A stretch of DNA of 64,000 nt from an uncultured Azospirillaceae bacterium (GCA_964352815.1 CAYGTO010000003.1:133015-197014), one strand, 5' to 3'; counted from the first letter of the stretch, positions 26,615 through 35,940 are shown. Translations and numbers: made by a program. Notes: generated by a model not told the origin, from the sequence alone.

Positions 26615-27594
26615 GCCGCCACCTCTAATTTACGCGCCGCGCGCAATTTGGCAGAACGTGCACGCGGGTTTGCGCGTGACTCTTCATCGCTGGCAAGCAT
26701 CGCTTTCTTATTGATCAGCGCCAATTCCAACACATTCTCATTCGCCGGCATATCCGGTAAATGGCGCGACACACCGCCGCCCGTCTGCTCACTATGGTCT
26801 TTGAAAAACCGCTTCACGATCCGGTCTTCGAGCGAATGGAACGTCACCACCACCAGCCGGCCACCCGGCTTCAGAAGTGACTTTGCCGCTTCGAGCCCGC
26901 GCTGCACTTCGCCCAGCTCATCATTCACCGCGATGCGCAACGCCTGAAATGTTTTGGTTGCCGGATCGGTTTTCCCGCCCTTATTACCAATCGCTTTGCT
27001 GACAATTTCTGAAAGCTGTAGCGTCCGCTCAATCGGCTGCTCATTACGCGCCGCAACGATTGCCTTTGCAATTCGGCGCGAGGCACGCTCTTCACCATAC
27101 AGATAAATCAGATCAGCCAGCTCTTTTTCTGGAAGCGTATTAACCAATTCTGATGCGCTACGCGTCGCCACCGCATCTCCGTTTTCTCCCGCCATGCGCA
27201 TATCGAGTGGCCCGTCTTTCTGAAAGGAAAAGCCACGTTCCGCCTGATCAATCTGCATGGACGAGACCCCGAGATCCATCACCACCCCATCGATGGATTC
27301 AATCCCATGCGCGGCCAACAAAGCAACCATATCACTGAAACAGCCAGAACAAAAAAGAAAGCGCCCGGGAAAATCCCGGGCAAGCGCTTCGGCAAGCATC
27401 ACTACATTCGGATCACGATCGATCGCGATCACCGTGCACTGCGCCGCATTCAGCAGCGCGCGCGTATATCCTCCAGCGCCAAAGGTCGCATCGAGATAGG
27501 TCTCATCATCGGCTGGCGCCAATGTTTCCAACACCTCTGGCAACATCACCGGCACGTGCCCACCGGAATCTGATGTCTGCTCTAGCTCTCTCAC
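26611..27594 (-). CDS. rsmH: 16S rRNA (cytosine1402-N4)-methyltransferase
   Basis: HVPVML entry, DATFGAGGY and DLGVSS motifs. Confidence 0.95.
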   Translation of the reverse strand: MRELEQTSDSGGHVPVMLPEVLETLAPADDETYLDATFGAGGYTRALLNAAQCTVIAIDRDPNVVMLAEALARDFPGRFLFCSGCFSDMVALLAAHGIESIDGVVMDLGVSSMQIDQAERGFSFQKDGPLDMRMAGENGDAVATRSASELVNTLPEKELADLIYLYGEERASRRIAKAIVAARNEQPIERTLQLSEIVSKAIGNKGGKTDPATKTFQALRIAVNDELGEVQRGLEAAKSLLKPGGRLVVVTFHSLEDRIVKRFFKDHSEQTGGGVSRHLPDMPANENVLELALINKKAMLASDEESRANPRARSAKLRAARKLEVAA

Positions 27595-27624
27595 CCGTGT
27601 CGCCCCTGGTCATTGACTGACCCG

Positions 27625-28092
27625 TTAGCTGTTATTCGTTTCGCGCCGCGACTTCATACTTCCGCGCCGCTCTTTGGCAAGCGCTCTTGCCGCTGCCGCA
27701 TAGTCTTTAAAGGTCTCTGGCTGCCAAATTTCGAAGGTCTCCCCCTTCCCTACGAACACGGCCTGAGCCTCAATCTTCATTTCTTCCAGCAATGGTTCGG
27801 GCAACATCACACGCCCCTCACCATCAAAGCTTAACTGCACCGACCCGCCCATAATCGCGGTGGCAAACGCATCACGCTCTTCTGAAAACGGGTCGAGCGA
27901 TTCAATCTGCGCATGCAGCTTTTCAATTCGGTCCATCCCGCACGCTTCAATGCACGGGTTGACGAAAGACGGATAGACAATGATGCCGCTGAAATGCTGA
28001 TGCTGAAGCGCACTGCGAAATTGCGCCGGCACCGACACTCGGCCCTTCTTGTCGATCTTTTTTTCAAATGTGGAGAGGAACAACCCCATCAC
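27625..28092 (-). CDS. mraZ: division/cell wall cluster transcriptional repressor MraZ
   Basis: Two SpoVT/AbrB-like halves (DKKGRVSVP and DGEGRVMLP); first gene of the dcw cluster. Confidence 0.95.
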   Translation of the reverse strand: MMGLFLSTFEKKIDKKGRVSVPAQFRSALQHQHFSGIIVYPSFVNPCIEACGMDRIEKLHAQIESLDPFSEERDAFATAIMGGSVQLSFDGEGRVMLPEPLLEEMKIEAQAVFVGKGETFEIWQPETFKDYAAAARALAKERRGSMKSRRETNNS

Positions 28093-28140
28093 ATCCCGCC
28101 TTTCATTTGCTTCGAGCGCCAGAATGTTCGCGTTATTCTC

Positions 28141-28223
28141 GTCATCTCGAACACTGCAAGCTTTGGCGAAGCAGTGGAGAGATCTTAGATTTCTCGTCGC
28201 GCTCCGCGCTCACTCGAAATGAC
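28141..28223. repeat. nested-palindrome element (GTCAT...ATGAC family), intergenic upstream of mraZ
   Basis: GTCATCTCGAA...GAGAGATCTtagATTTCTC...CTCGAAATGAC. It has the same architecture as the copies at 41308 and 54193. Confidence 0.8.
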
Positions 28224-28315
28224 GATCTATGTTTCGTGAGATTCTGCTTTGCGCGGCACCCCGCCATTTCCTTCAAAGCCATCCTCTTCTATCCGCGACA
28301 CCATTCTGGTCGTTA

Positions 28316-28395
28316 TTGGTATTATTTGGATATATTTGGGATATTATGGTTTTTATTTGGGAAAGTCAAGTTCGAAATTGGGGAAAACAGTGGAT
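28316..28395. promoter_or_regulatory. phased (A/T)TTGG(G/A) repeats, candidate MraZ operator / curved DNA upstream of mraZ
   Basis: TGG cores start at 28318, 28327, 28337, 28347 and 28358 (9-11 bp spacing), then at 28379 and 28391, in an AT-rich tract 225-300 bp upstream of mraZ. Confidence 0.4.
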
Positions 28396-28469
28396 TATCA
28401 ACACACTAGCTGTGGATAAGGCTGGGGATGAGGATGTGGAGATTAGGATCTAGGTATCTGAAGTATAAA

Positions 28470-28540
28470 GGTTTTAGTTTTCAGGTTGTAGGTTACAGCA
28501 TGGCTATTTCTGAAACCTGCAACCTAACACCTACAACCTA
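28470..28540. repeat. inverted heptamer arrays (GGTTTCA/TGAAACC family) forming a hairpin at the rnpB 3' end
   Basis: The left arm is ggtttta gttttca ggttgta ggttaca. A 13-nt loop follows. The right arm is tgaaacc tgcaacc taacacc tacaacc. On the minus strand the hairpin is followed by TTTAT. Confidence 0.75.
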
Positions 28541-28544
28541 TCCA

Positions 28545-29042
28545 ACGAAGAGGGCCGATAAGCCGGGTTCTGTCACTGGCATTGCCAGGGATGGCCATTC
28601 ATCTAGGCCGCTTGTTGCCAAACGGCTCATGCACCCTACCCGAGATGCTGGTGCGAAACTCACTTGCGGCGATTACCTTTGCACTACCAAAAGCGTTCGG
28701 ACACGGCCGCGCGCATCTCCTATTTGGGCTTGCTCCAGACAAGGTTTACCATGCCGCCTGTGTTACCAAAGGCGCGGTGGGCTCTTACCCCACCCTTTCA
28801 CCGTTGCTTTGCATATGCTCCCCGCTTCGGTCGTCTGACCTACGCGATGGAGCGCCGCTCAGGGCTGGCCTTGCTGCTGCAAGGAATATTGCCCCGAAAC
28901 TACATACAAAGCAGTCTACTTTCTGTGGCACTGTCTCTCGGATCACTCCGGGCGGGGGTTACCCGCTGCCTTGTTTCGTGGAGCCCGGACTTTCCTCCCC
29001 CTATCGCGAGCGATAGAGAGCGACCATCTGGCCCTCTTCGGA
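28545..29042 (-). ncRNA. rnpB: RNase P RNA (bacterial type A)
   Basis: The reverse complement contains GGAGGAAAGTCCGGGCTCCA, GGTGAAAGGGTGGGGTAAGAGCCCACCGC, GGTAAAC, GAGCAAGCCCAAATAGG, CCTAGATGAATGG and ACAGAACCCGGCTTATCGGCC. The P1 helix is formed by GAAGAGGGCC/GGCCCTCTTC at the two ends. Confidence 0.93.
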
Positions 29043-29071
29043 GGCTCCTTATACACAAAATGAATGAAATA

Positions 29072-29287
29072 TCAATGCTTAACGAACCAGGCTTTGAGCG
29101 CATCGATTTCGCCCTGGGTCGGTGTGCGGCTCATATAGTCCGCCCCGCGCAAAGGAATGTCACCCTTGGCCGTGTGCAGGCAATTCTCTCCGTGGCGCAC
29201 CGCCTCGTCGACCTCAACCTTATCATTGGCCGACATATAGACAGGATAGCGCGCCATCATTTGCGATGGTTTCGCCCCCATAGTCAC
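29072..29287 (-). CDS. hypothetical small protein
   Basis: 71-aa ORF with no competing frame; no motif recognised. Confidence 0.45.
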   Translation of the reverse strand: MTMGAKPSQMMARYPVYMSANDKVEVDEAVRHGENCLHTAKGDIPLRGADYMSRTPTQGEIDALKAWFVKH

Positions 29288-29367
29288 CTCATCTATTGGA
29301 AATCAGCCATTAGGATAGATCAGAAATCTTAGGATTGGGTAAAGTTTCGGTGGGAATTAAGGGGTAT

Positions 29368-29586
29368 TTATCTCGAAGCTCCATGATATGCCTCATCAAC
29401 CCTGCGATATAACGTGCTATCTGTAACACGTTCCAAATGCCCGCCTTTTTCTACGGCATAATAGCCACCGGCATAGCGTATGTGAGTCACAGAGTCTTTT
29501 TCTTCTGGATGCATGCGCTGATATTGCCCACTAGAGACCACTCGAATGGTTTGCGGATCAATGACAGTTTTTGGTTTGTCTAACAT
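29368..29586 (-). CDS. hypothetical small protein
   Basis: 72-aa ORF with GAAGAGGA upstream of the ATG; no motif recognised. Confidence 0.45.
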   Translation of the reverse strand: MLDKPKTVIDPQTIRVVSSGQYQRMHPEEKDSVTHIRYAGGYYAVEKGGHLERVTDSTLYRRVDEAYHGASR

Positions 29587-29637
29587 AAGTCCTCTTCGCT
29601 AACGAAGGGAGATTAGAAAAAAGAACCGATATGTGTG

Positions 29638-30366
29638 TTACAATTGTGTTAAAAGTGCTGCCAGCCGCTTCTGGCATGCTTCGTCCCATTGCCCATCGAC
29701 TGTCTCAGGCCGGAAATGGCGCTGGAAGGCGCTGATGACGGATGATATCTCATCATCACTTGGGGATTCGGAGAGGCCGTATCCGTATTGTGACAAGGTA
29801 ATAGGTAATTGGGAATGGGCAATGGATTGCGTGCTATTACCTATTTCCAATTCCCCATTGCCGATCTTAGGCCACAGCCCAATGCCTTCTTTCGCGAACC
29901 TTTCCCAAGGAAATAGCTCCCCCGGATCTTGCTTTCGGCTCGGCGCGACATCGCTATGGCCAACCACATTGCGCGCAGGAATATCATGGCGTGACAGAAT
30001 CCCATGGCTAAGCGCAATCAACGCTTCCATCTGTACTTCGGGAAATGTCCGGTAACCCCATTCATGGCCGGGATTGACAATCTCAATGCCGATTGAGCGC
30101 GCATTAATGTTGCTATGGCCGCGCCAGCTCGCTACCCCCGCATGCCAGGCGCGTTTTTCCTCATCGACCAGCTGAAGCACCCGCCCATTCTCTTCCACCA
30201 TATAATGCGCCGAGACCTTTGCCTCCGCGTCACACATACGCTCGAGCGCCTCATTTCCTGTTTTCATGCCGGTGTAATGCATGATCAGCATATCCACAGG
30301 TTGCAGAGACCCATCCGGGTTCACGCGCTCGTCGAAATTGGGGCTCTTTCTTCTCACAATTGTCAT
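29638..30366 (-). CDS. N-acetylmuramoyl-L-alanine amidase (AmpD/AmiD-like) with C-terminal PG-binding domain
   Basis: Amidase_2 pattern (MHYTG, AHYMV, WHAG, GHSDVAPSRKQDPG) and a C-terminal PG_binding_1-like segment. Start placed at MTIVRRK (30366); the ORF is open to 30438. Confidence 0.88.
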   Translation of the reverse strand: MTIVRRKSPNFDERVNPDGSLQPVDMLIMHYTGMKTGNEALERMCDAEAKVSAHYMVEENGRVLQLVDEEKRAWHAGVASWRGHSNINARSIGIEIVNPGHEWGYRTFPEVQMEALIALSHGILSRHDIPARNVVGHSDVAPSRKQDPGELFPWERFAKEGIGLWPKIGNGELEIGNSTQSIAHSQLPITLSQYGYGLSESPSDDEISSVISAFQRHFRPETVDGQWDEACQKRLAALLTQL

Positions 30367-30424
30367 ACTTCTCTTGTAACGGGTTTGATACAAAGATTCA
30401 AAATGAATTAGCGGATGGAACGTT

Positions 30425-31033
30425 ATGAAACATACCACTGAAGCTTCTCCTCATGAACACGCAACATCAAGTTCTGGCATCCCAGTGCACTGGCGTTCTC
30501 ATAGCGTCGAGCCGATTGAATATGATCAGCTAGACGGCCTACTCCGCGACCATGGACTCTACGCGGACAGCGTACAGTTTTTTGAAAGAGCTAAATTTAC
30601 ACCAATCAAATTATATCAAACAACGTATGGTGGTGATGTGTATACAAATTACGGTATCATGGTCCGGTTCGAATCACTTTCATTCTCTCCAGAGATGTTG
30701 GAAGAACCTCTCAAAACTGAAGCTATGGATAATTACTACGAACTATTGGCCGGCCAAATAATTAAAGCGATCTCCCCTGGTGCTGAAGGCGCAGGCTCTG
30801 TTTGCAATGAATATGGGGACCCGCTCTACTCTGCATTCCCGCAAATCGTGAAAGACGAAATTGGGAATATATGCGTTACCCTTATGTTCGCCAGGCCTAA
30901 AGGGGTGTCAATGGACGAGCTCGATAAGGCCGAAGCTTCCATACTATTTCGTGATCAAATCGATACATATATTAGTAACATTCCTTGCAATTTGAACATT
31001 GCTCCTGTGCAAGCGAGCGTTAGCCGCCATTAA
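30425..31033 (+). CDS. hypothetical protein (orphan)
   Basis: 202-aa ORF divergent from the amidase gene; AT-richer by eye; no motif recognised. Confidence 0.5.
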   Translation: MKHTTEASPHEHATSSSGIPVHWRSHSVEPIEYDQLDGLLRDHGLYADSVQFFERAKFTPIKLYQTTYGGDVYTNYGIMVRFESLSFSPEMLEEPLKTEAMDNYYELLAGQIIKAISPGAEGAGSVCNEYGDPLYSAFPQIVKDEIGNICVTLMFARPKGVSMDELDKAEASILFRDQIDTYISNIPCNLNIAPVQASVSRH

Positions 31034-31902
31034 AGCTTATTGAACCGCACGAGTTTCGGTCGTCTGAAGACGATCACTGCGACGCCAACCATGGTGACGC
31101 AGGCGCCGAGGATCATGTCGGGTTTAAGCTCTTCGCCAAGCAGCGCAACGCTCAACCCAATCCCGATAAACGGAATCAGTAAGGAGAAAGGCGTGACTTG
31201 CGACACCGGGTATAGCCGCAGCAAATGATACCACAGCCCATACGCAACAATGGTAGAAATAATGGCTGAATAGATAATTCCCGCGCCGGCATTGAACGGC
31301 GTGTTTATGATCAACTCGATATGGTTTGACTCTAAAATCAATGACGCGGCAGCCAATTGTGGCAGCGCGGTCAGCGAGCTCCAGGCGATGATCGGGATGA
31401 TGCGTGTTTCTTCAAGGGTTTTGGCGTAAATATTCGATGACGCCCAACAAAACGCACCGGCGACCGCCAGGAGGAACGGCACCCATTGTTCGCTGACGTT
31501 CGGCGTGCCCGCAAGCAACATCAGCCCCATAAAGGCGATGCACAGCCCCATCGTGCGCCACATGCCGATTTGGTCTTTGAGGAAAATGGTGCCGAGCACT
31601 ACGGAAAAGGGGACGCCCATCTGAATTGCGACAACGGCGGTGGAGACATCAAGCCCCATGCGCAGCGCGGCAAAAACAAGCGAGAAATGCAGGCTCACCA
31701 TGAGCAAGGCAAGAATCGACAGCTTCCCCCACCCCATCGGCCGCGGCCCCGCGAACGGCAAGAGTAGAATCACCACCAACACATAGCGGATGAGGATGGT
31801 GTAGATTGGCGGGAAATGCATCACCGCATATTTCGACGCAACAAAATTCCCGCCCCAGCTGATGGCGACGATGATGGCGTAGAGAATGTGAATCGGTTTC
31901 AT
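31030..31902 (-). CDS. EamA/DMT-family transporter
   Basis: About 10 TM helices in a duplicated EamA-type arrangement, 290 aa. Confidence 0.8.
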   Translation of the reverse strand: MKPIHILYAIIVAISWGGNFVASKYAVMHFPPIYTILIRYVLVVILLLPFAGPRPMGWGKLSILALLMVSLHFSLVFAALRMGLDVSTAVVAIQMGVPFSVVLGTIFLKDQIGMWRTMGLCIAFMGLMLLAGTPNVSEQWVPFLLAVAGAFCWASSNIYAKTLEETRIIPIIAWSSLTALPQLAAASLILESNHIELIINTPFNAGAGIIYSAIISTIVAYGLWYHLLRLYPVSQVTPFSLLIPFIGIGLSVALLGEELKPDMILGACVTMVGVAVIVFRRPKLVRFNKL

Positions 31903-31939
31903 GGGCTAGGGTTTAGGGGTTCGGGATTAGGGTGTAAAG
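31903..31939. repeat. heptamer array (divergent GGTTTAG/GGGTTCG variant)
   Basis: gggctag ggtttag gggttcg ggattag ggtgtaa, immediately upstream of the transporter start. Confidence 0.5.
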
Positions 31940-32149
31940 CTGTATTGCTTAAATGATGCATCGAACCAATGTCTTACCCCTTACGGAACCTTTTTTCCTG
32001 AGCGCACCCAGAAGGCAGTGAGCGATCTTTTTTTAATATGTGGCGAAAATTGTGTTATTCGAGAACCGCAGCGCAGTCTACTTTCGGGTACATGAGCAGC
32101 GGAAGTAGAGAATAAAGCAATTTGCAGCCCATAATAAAAAGATCGAGGC

Positions 32150-32180
32150 AAAAAAAAGGGCACATCTCAATGATGCGCCC
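32150..32180 (-). terminator. rho-independent terminator candidate downstream of the DjlA-like gene
   Basis: The minus strand reads GGGCGCA-tcattgaga-TGTGCCC followed by TTTTTTTT. Confidence 0.6.
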
Positions 32181-32300
32181 CAAGTCGCTCGGCAAGCAAC
32201 AGTTGATCGGCGCGCTCACAGCAGCGCCGAGATATCTCTCTCATGGAATGATGTGGCGATCCGCCAATTCACTCCTCCCACTCTTCCGCGTGATGATGGC

Positions 32301-33068
32301 TTAAGCGATGGCTCGCTTCAGTCCTCTCTCGCGTAATATTGCATCATAGGCCTCGTTGATGATGGCCATTTTGCGGTTTAACCAACGCGCTTTGGTCATG
32401 TCGTGTGACTGGCCAGCTAGCTGATAATCCGGATGGTATTTTCGTGTGAGCACGCGGTAGCGTGTCTTCAACGTGTCGTTCGACACATTGGTATGCACAC
32501 CGAGTACCTTATAAGGGTTCGATTCGCCGACATTCAGACCATAGCGCGACACCATCACTTGCCAGCGCGTCTCCGAAATATCGAATTCTTTGGCGATATC
32601 GGCGATATAACGCTCATCATCCGACGAAAGCTCATGATCCGCTGCCGCGATTTGCAGCAACCGGCTCACCACCTCATGATACATATCGGTACGGTCCGGA
32701 AAGATGTCATGAATTTGGCGAACATATTGACGATACGATGGTGTTTCCTTGGCCATGCGGAACAAAAGCGCGCGGGCTTTCTCCTCCTCTTCCTTCTGCA
32801 TAGGGAACACATCACAGAATTTCACATATTTATTACGGCTGATCATATTGCCCGACTTCATCAACTTACTGGCAAGCGCAATCACCGCAAAGGTAAAGGC
32901 AACCTGCGGGTTCGGATGAAGATCCTGCTTAGAATGCGTTTGACGCTGCATAGGCTTTCTACGATATAGCTTTCCACTCGCTTTCGCTTGCTTACGCTGC
33001 TGACCGCCGCTCATGCTGCCATAGGTCGTGTAACCGCGCGAAATAGGTTGTTGTTGTGCTATATACAT
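32301..33068 (-). CDS. DjlA-like co-chaperone (TerB-like domain plus C-terminal J domain)
   Basis: C-terminal J domain (NPYKVLGV...YRVLTRKYHPD) preceded by a TerB-like helical region. Confidence 0.75.
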   Translation of the reverse strand: MYIAQQQPISRGYTTYGSMSGGQQRKQAKASGKLYRRKPMQRQTHSKQDLHPNPQVAFTFAVIALASKLMKSGNMISRNKYVKFCDVFPMQKEEEEKARALLFRMAKETPSYRQYVRQIHDIFPDRTDMYHEVVSRLLQIAAADHELSSDDERYIADIAKEFDISETRWQVMVSRYGLNVGESNPYKVLGVHTNVSNDTLKTRYRVLTRKYHPDYQLAGQSHDMTKARWLNRKMAIINEAYDAILRERGLKRAIA

Positions 33069-33321
33069 ATACGAGCATGTTCCGTGTTTAGTGACGTTTT
33101 TTGTGCTAACACCACTATATATAGACGCGTTTCAGCGAGACCATCTATATTTTGTGATTATCCACACATGGGCGAGCGGCCTGTGCATGACATCCTTGGA
33201 CGCCCGTATAAAAGATTAACAAAAAATGAACAAGCGTTTTCGCAGCGAAATCCACTTACACGAAAAAGAATCAAGTTAAAGGAGTGTGTTATACGAAATA
33301 AGCGAATAAATGCTCGTTAAA

Positions 33322-33648
33322 CTATTCACTCGCGCGTTTCTGGATTTCGTTCTGCGCAGCCCCAACCAACTCATCCATTTTTTCACGCACTTCTTGTTCG
33401 GAAATGGTGAGTCCAGCCTTTTTCAGATCACCAAACACTTTACGCAGAACATCATCATCGCCGGCTTCTTCAAAATCAGAGAGGATCACTTCTTTAGCGT
33501 ATTCTTCACTGTCCTCTTCATTTTTACACATTTCATCGGCGGCCCACTTTCCTAGAAGCTTATTACGAAGCGCCATTACCTTAAATTGCATCTCGCTATC
33601 ATGCGCATATTTCTCTTCAAACGCCTTTTTCCGATCATCAAAATCCAT
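33322..33648 (-). CDS. ATP synthase inhibitor zeta subunit family protein (DUF1476)
   Basis: MDFDDRKKAFEEKYAHDSEMQFKV.ALRNKLLGKWAA closely parallels the Paracoccus zeta-subunit N-terminus; 108 aa. Confidence 0.8.
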   Translation of the reverse strand: MDFDDRKKAFEEKYAHDSEMQFKVMALRNKLLGKWAADEMCKNEEDSEEYAKEVILSDFEEAGDDDVLRKVFGDLKKAGLTISEQEVREKMDELVGAAQNEIQKRASE

Positions 33649-33770
33649 TCTAACCTCAAATGATAGTTAATATTGTTTGTGATTTGCGGTATAATAAGGT
33701 AATGCATACAGAAATGCACTAGGAAAATCATCCTATTAGACGAATCACAAGTGAATCAAAGCGAGTTACC

Positions 33771-34733
33771 ATGGCCCCCAAACAGCCCATCTATGAAGGA
33801 AAAGCGAAAAAACTATTCGAAGGCCCGGAGCCAGGAACGTTGATCGCGCATTTTAAAGATGACGCGACGGCCTTCAATAATAAGAAAAAGGGCACGATTA
33901 GCGGCAAAGGCGTACTGAATAACCGCATTTCCGAATATTTGATGACGCGCCTATTTGAAATTGGCATCCCGAATCACTTCATCAAACGTATCAACATGCG
34001 CGAACAGCTGGTGCGGGCGGTGGAAATTATCCCGATTGAAGTGGTCGTACGCAACCATGCGGCGGGGCAGTTTGCTGAGCGTTTTGGCGCGATCGAAGGT
34101 GAACCGATTGGCGTGCCACTCGTTGAGTTTTACCTGAAAGATGATCGGCTGGGTGACCCTATGCTTAGCGAAGAACATATTTTCACCTTCGATATTTGCG
34201 ACCCGATGGAACTGGAAGAAATTCGCCATTATGCGATCCGCATCAATGACTATCTAATGGGCCTCTTTGGCGGTGTTGGCGTACGCCTGATCGATATGAA
34301 ACTCGAATTTGGCCGCCTCTATGATGAAGAAATGGTGCAAATTATTCTGGCCGACGAGATCAGCCCTGATAATTGCCGCCTGTGGGATATGACCAGCGGT
34401 GATAAGCTCGATAAGGATCGTTTCCGCAAGGATTTGGGCGGCGTTGCAGATGCGTATCGTGAGATTGCAAGACGCCTGGGACTGCTGCGCGAAGGAGAAG
34501 ATCTACCGCAAGATGATAATATAGGATTAATTGAAACCGTTGATCGCAAAGTTGAAACGCTACCCTATGTTCGCAAGAAAGGGGCAACAGGGCCAGTTGC
34601 TGTGAAACCTGCAGCCAGCTCAGGCAACAGCAAAACAACCAAAGCGGCGCCGAAAAAGAAAAGCGCGAGCACCTCTAAGTCGACGAGTAAGAAGAAACCG
34701 ACCTCTTCCGGCCGGAGCAATAAGCCGAAATAA
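33771..34733 (+). CDS. purC: phosphoribosylaminoimidazole-succinocarboxamide synthase with Lys/Ser-rich C-terminal tail
   Basis: YEGKAKKLF entry and a SAICAR synthase core up to ~aa 250, followed by a ~65-aa basic low-complexity tail. Confidence 0.92.
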   Translation: MAPKQPIYEGKAKKLFEGPEPGTLIAHFKDDATAFNNKKKGTISGKGVLNNRISEYLMTRLFEIGIPNHFIKRINMREQLVRAVEIIPIEVVVRNHAAGQFAERFGAIEGEPIGVPLVEFYLKDDRLGDPMLSEEHIFTFDICDPMELEEIRHYAIRINDYLMGLFGGVGVRLIDMKLEFGRLYDEEMVQIILADEISPDNCRLWDMTSGDKLDKDRFRKDLGGVADAYREIARRLGLLREGEDLPQDDNIGLIETVDRKVETLPYVRKKGATGPVAVKPAASSGNSKTTKAAPKKKSASTSKSTSKKKPTSSGRSNKPK

Positions 34734-34791
34734 CTTGCTTCCTCCATGCAGATGCGCCATTTTCTCTTCCTGAAACGAGAAAGGACATCGC

Positions 34792-35061
34792 ATGTATAAA
34801 GCCGATATTCACATTACCCTCAAACATGGCGTGCTTGATCCGCAAGGCAAAGCAAGCCTCGTCGCGCTTGATCACCTTGGCTTCCAGGGCGTATCCGATG
34901 TGCGCCAGGGAAAATACATTGAAGTGATGTTTGACGCGGCTGATGCGAAAGAAGCCGAAGCGCAGGCACGCGACATGTGCGAGAAGCTGCTCGCCAATAC
35001 GGTGATCGAAAAATACGATATTACTATTTCAAAAGCCGCTGACAGCAAGGATGCGGCTTGA
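34792..35061 (+). CDS. purS: phosphoribosylformylglycinamidine synthase subunit PurS
   Basis: 89-aa protein with LKHGVLDPQG motif; located between purC and purQ. Confidence 0.9.
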   Translation: MYKADIHITLKHGVLDPQGKASLVALDHLGFQGVSDVRQGKYIEVMFDAADAKEAEAQARDMCEKLLANTVIEKYDITISKAADSKDAA

Positions 35062-35077
35062 TGCATTATTTCACTAT

Positions 35078-35233
35078 GTCATCTTCGGGGCTTTTGTCAG
35101 TAAGACAAAAGAGCCCGGGGATCCAGGATAAACATGTCAGAAGACATGTTTATTTCCATGAATGTCTTCTGACATTCATGGAATGGATTGCCTGCGACTC
35201 GTGGTATACTGACCACTCGCGCGTGGCAATGAC
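35078..35233. repeat. long (156 bp) four-hairpin variant of the GTCAT...ATGAC element, purS-purQ spacer
   Basis: GTCATCTTCGGGG...GTGGCAATGAC, with perfect internal hairpins ataaacatgtc-agaa-gacatgtttat and ttccatgaatgtc-ttct-gacattcatggaa. Confidence 0.85.
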
Positions 35234-35256
35234 AGCATTATGCAGGAGCGACTAAC

Positions 35257-35940
35257 ATGCATGCAGGCGTCATTATCTTCCCTGGCTCGAACTGCGATCG
35301 TGATTCCATCACAGTTCTAGAACAATGCGGCTTCACCGTTAGCCGTTTGTGGCACGGCGACGCCGATATCCCTAGCGACATGGAATTGGTCGTCCTACCC
35401 GGCGGGTTTTCGTATGGCGACTATTTGCGCTGCGGTGCGATGGCGGCACATTCGCCTATTATGCAATCGGTCATCCAATTTGCTGGCCAGGGCAAATACG
35501 TCCTTGGGATTTGTAATGGGTTTCAGATGCTCTGTGAAACCGGGCTTCTTCCTGGTGCGTTGATGCGCAATCTCGGCCTGTCTTTCCTGTGTAAAGAGGT
35601 GAGCTTGCGCGTGGAAACCGCTGCCTCGCCTTTCACTAAACAGTATACGCAGGGCCAAATTCTGAATGTCCCCATCGCGCATTTTGACGGCAATTACTAT
35701 GCCACCGATGATGCGCTCAAGCTGCTGAATGATAATGACCAAGTCGCCTTCCGCTATTGCCATACGGATGGCACGATGGATGAGCGCGCCAACCCGAACG
35801 GCTCGGCGCAGCATATTGCCGGGATTCTCAATGCTTCACGCAACGTGCTCGGCATGATGCCGCACCCGGAGCGCCACAGCGAATCGATCCTCGGCGGGCT
35901 GGACGGCAAAGCGCTGTTTGAAGGGCTTTTGGCGGCGTAA
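35257..35940 (+). CDS. purQ: phosphoribosylformylglycinamidine synthase glutaminase subunit PurQ
   Basis: Class I amidotransferase with GICNGFQ nucleophile elbow and MPHPER. Confidence 0.93.
   Translation: MHAGVIIFPGSNCDRDSITVLEQCGFTVSRLWHGDADIPSDMELVVLPGGFSYGDYLRCGAMAAHSPIMQSVIQFAGQGKYVLGICNGFQMLCETGLLPGALMRNLGLSFLCKEVSLRVETAASPFTKQYTQGQILNVPIAHFDGNYYATDDALKLLNDNDQVAFRYCHTDGTMDERANPNGSAQHIAGILNASRNVLGMMPHPERHSESILGGLDGKALFEGLLAA

Noticed and set aside
28411-28419. Perfect DnaA boxes (TGTGGATAA at 28411-28419 and TTATCCACA at 33158-33166), raising the possibility of a replication origin
   Set aside because: These are two isolated boxes 4.7 kb apart with no AT-rich unwinding element or box cluster. 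About 0.5 such 9-mers are expected by chance in 64 kb, and the gene context is not origin-like.
28428-29332. Three long overlapping plus-strand ORFs (136, 144 and 222 aa)
   Set aside because: They lie across the RNase P RNA gene, whose conserved motifs are on the minus strand. They are frame-inconsistent and are artefacts of a structured GC-rich RNA gene.
29072-29586. The small-ORF pair as a toxin-antitoxin module
   Set aside because: The ORFs are 80 bp apart rather than overlapping or coupled. They have no recognisable toxin or antitoxin motifs, and no DNA-binding fold is evident.
35058-35255. 65-aa ORF in the purS-purQ spacer, and the 23-aa N-terminal extension of bolA starting at 39030
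   Set aside because: Both lie wholly inside the long palindromic repeat copies. The two putative peptides are unrelated to each other despite the DNA homology, and a good ribosome-binding site supports the downstream bolA start at 39099.
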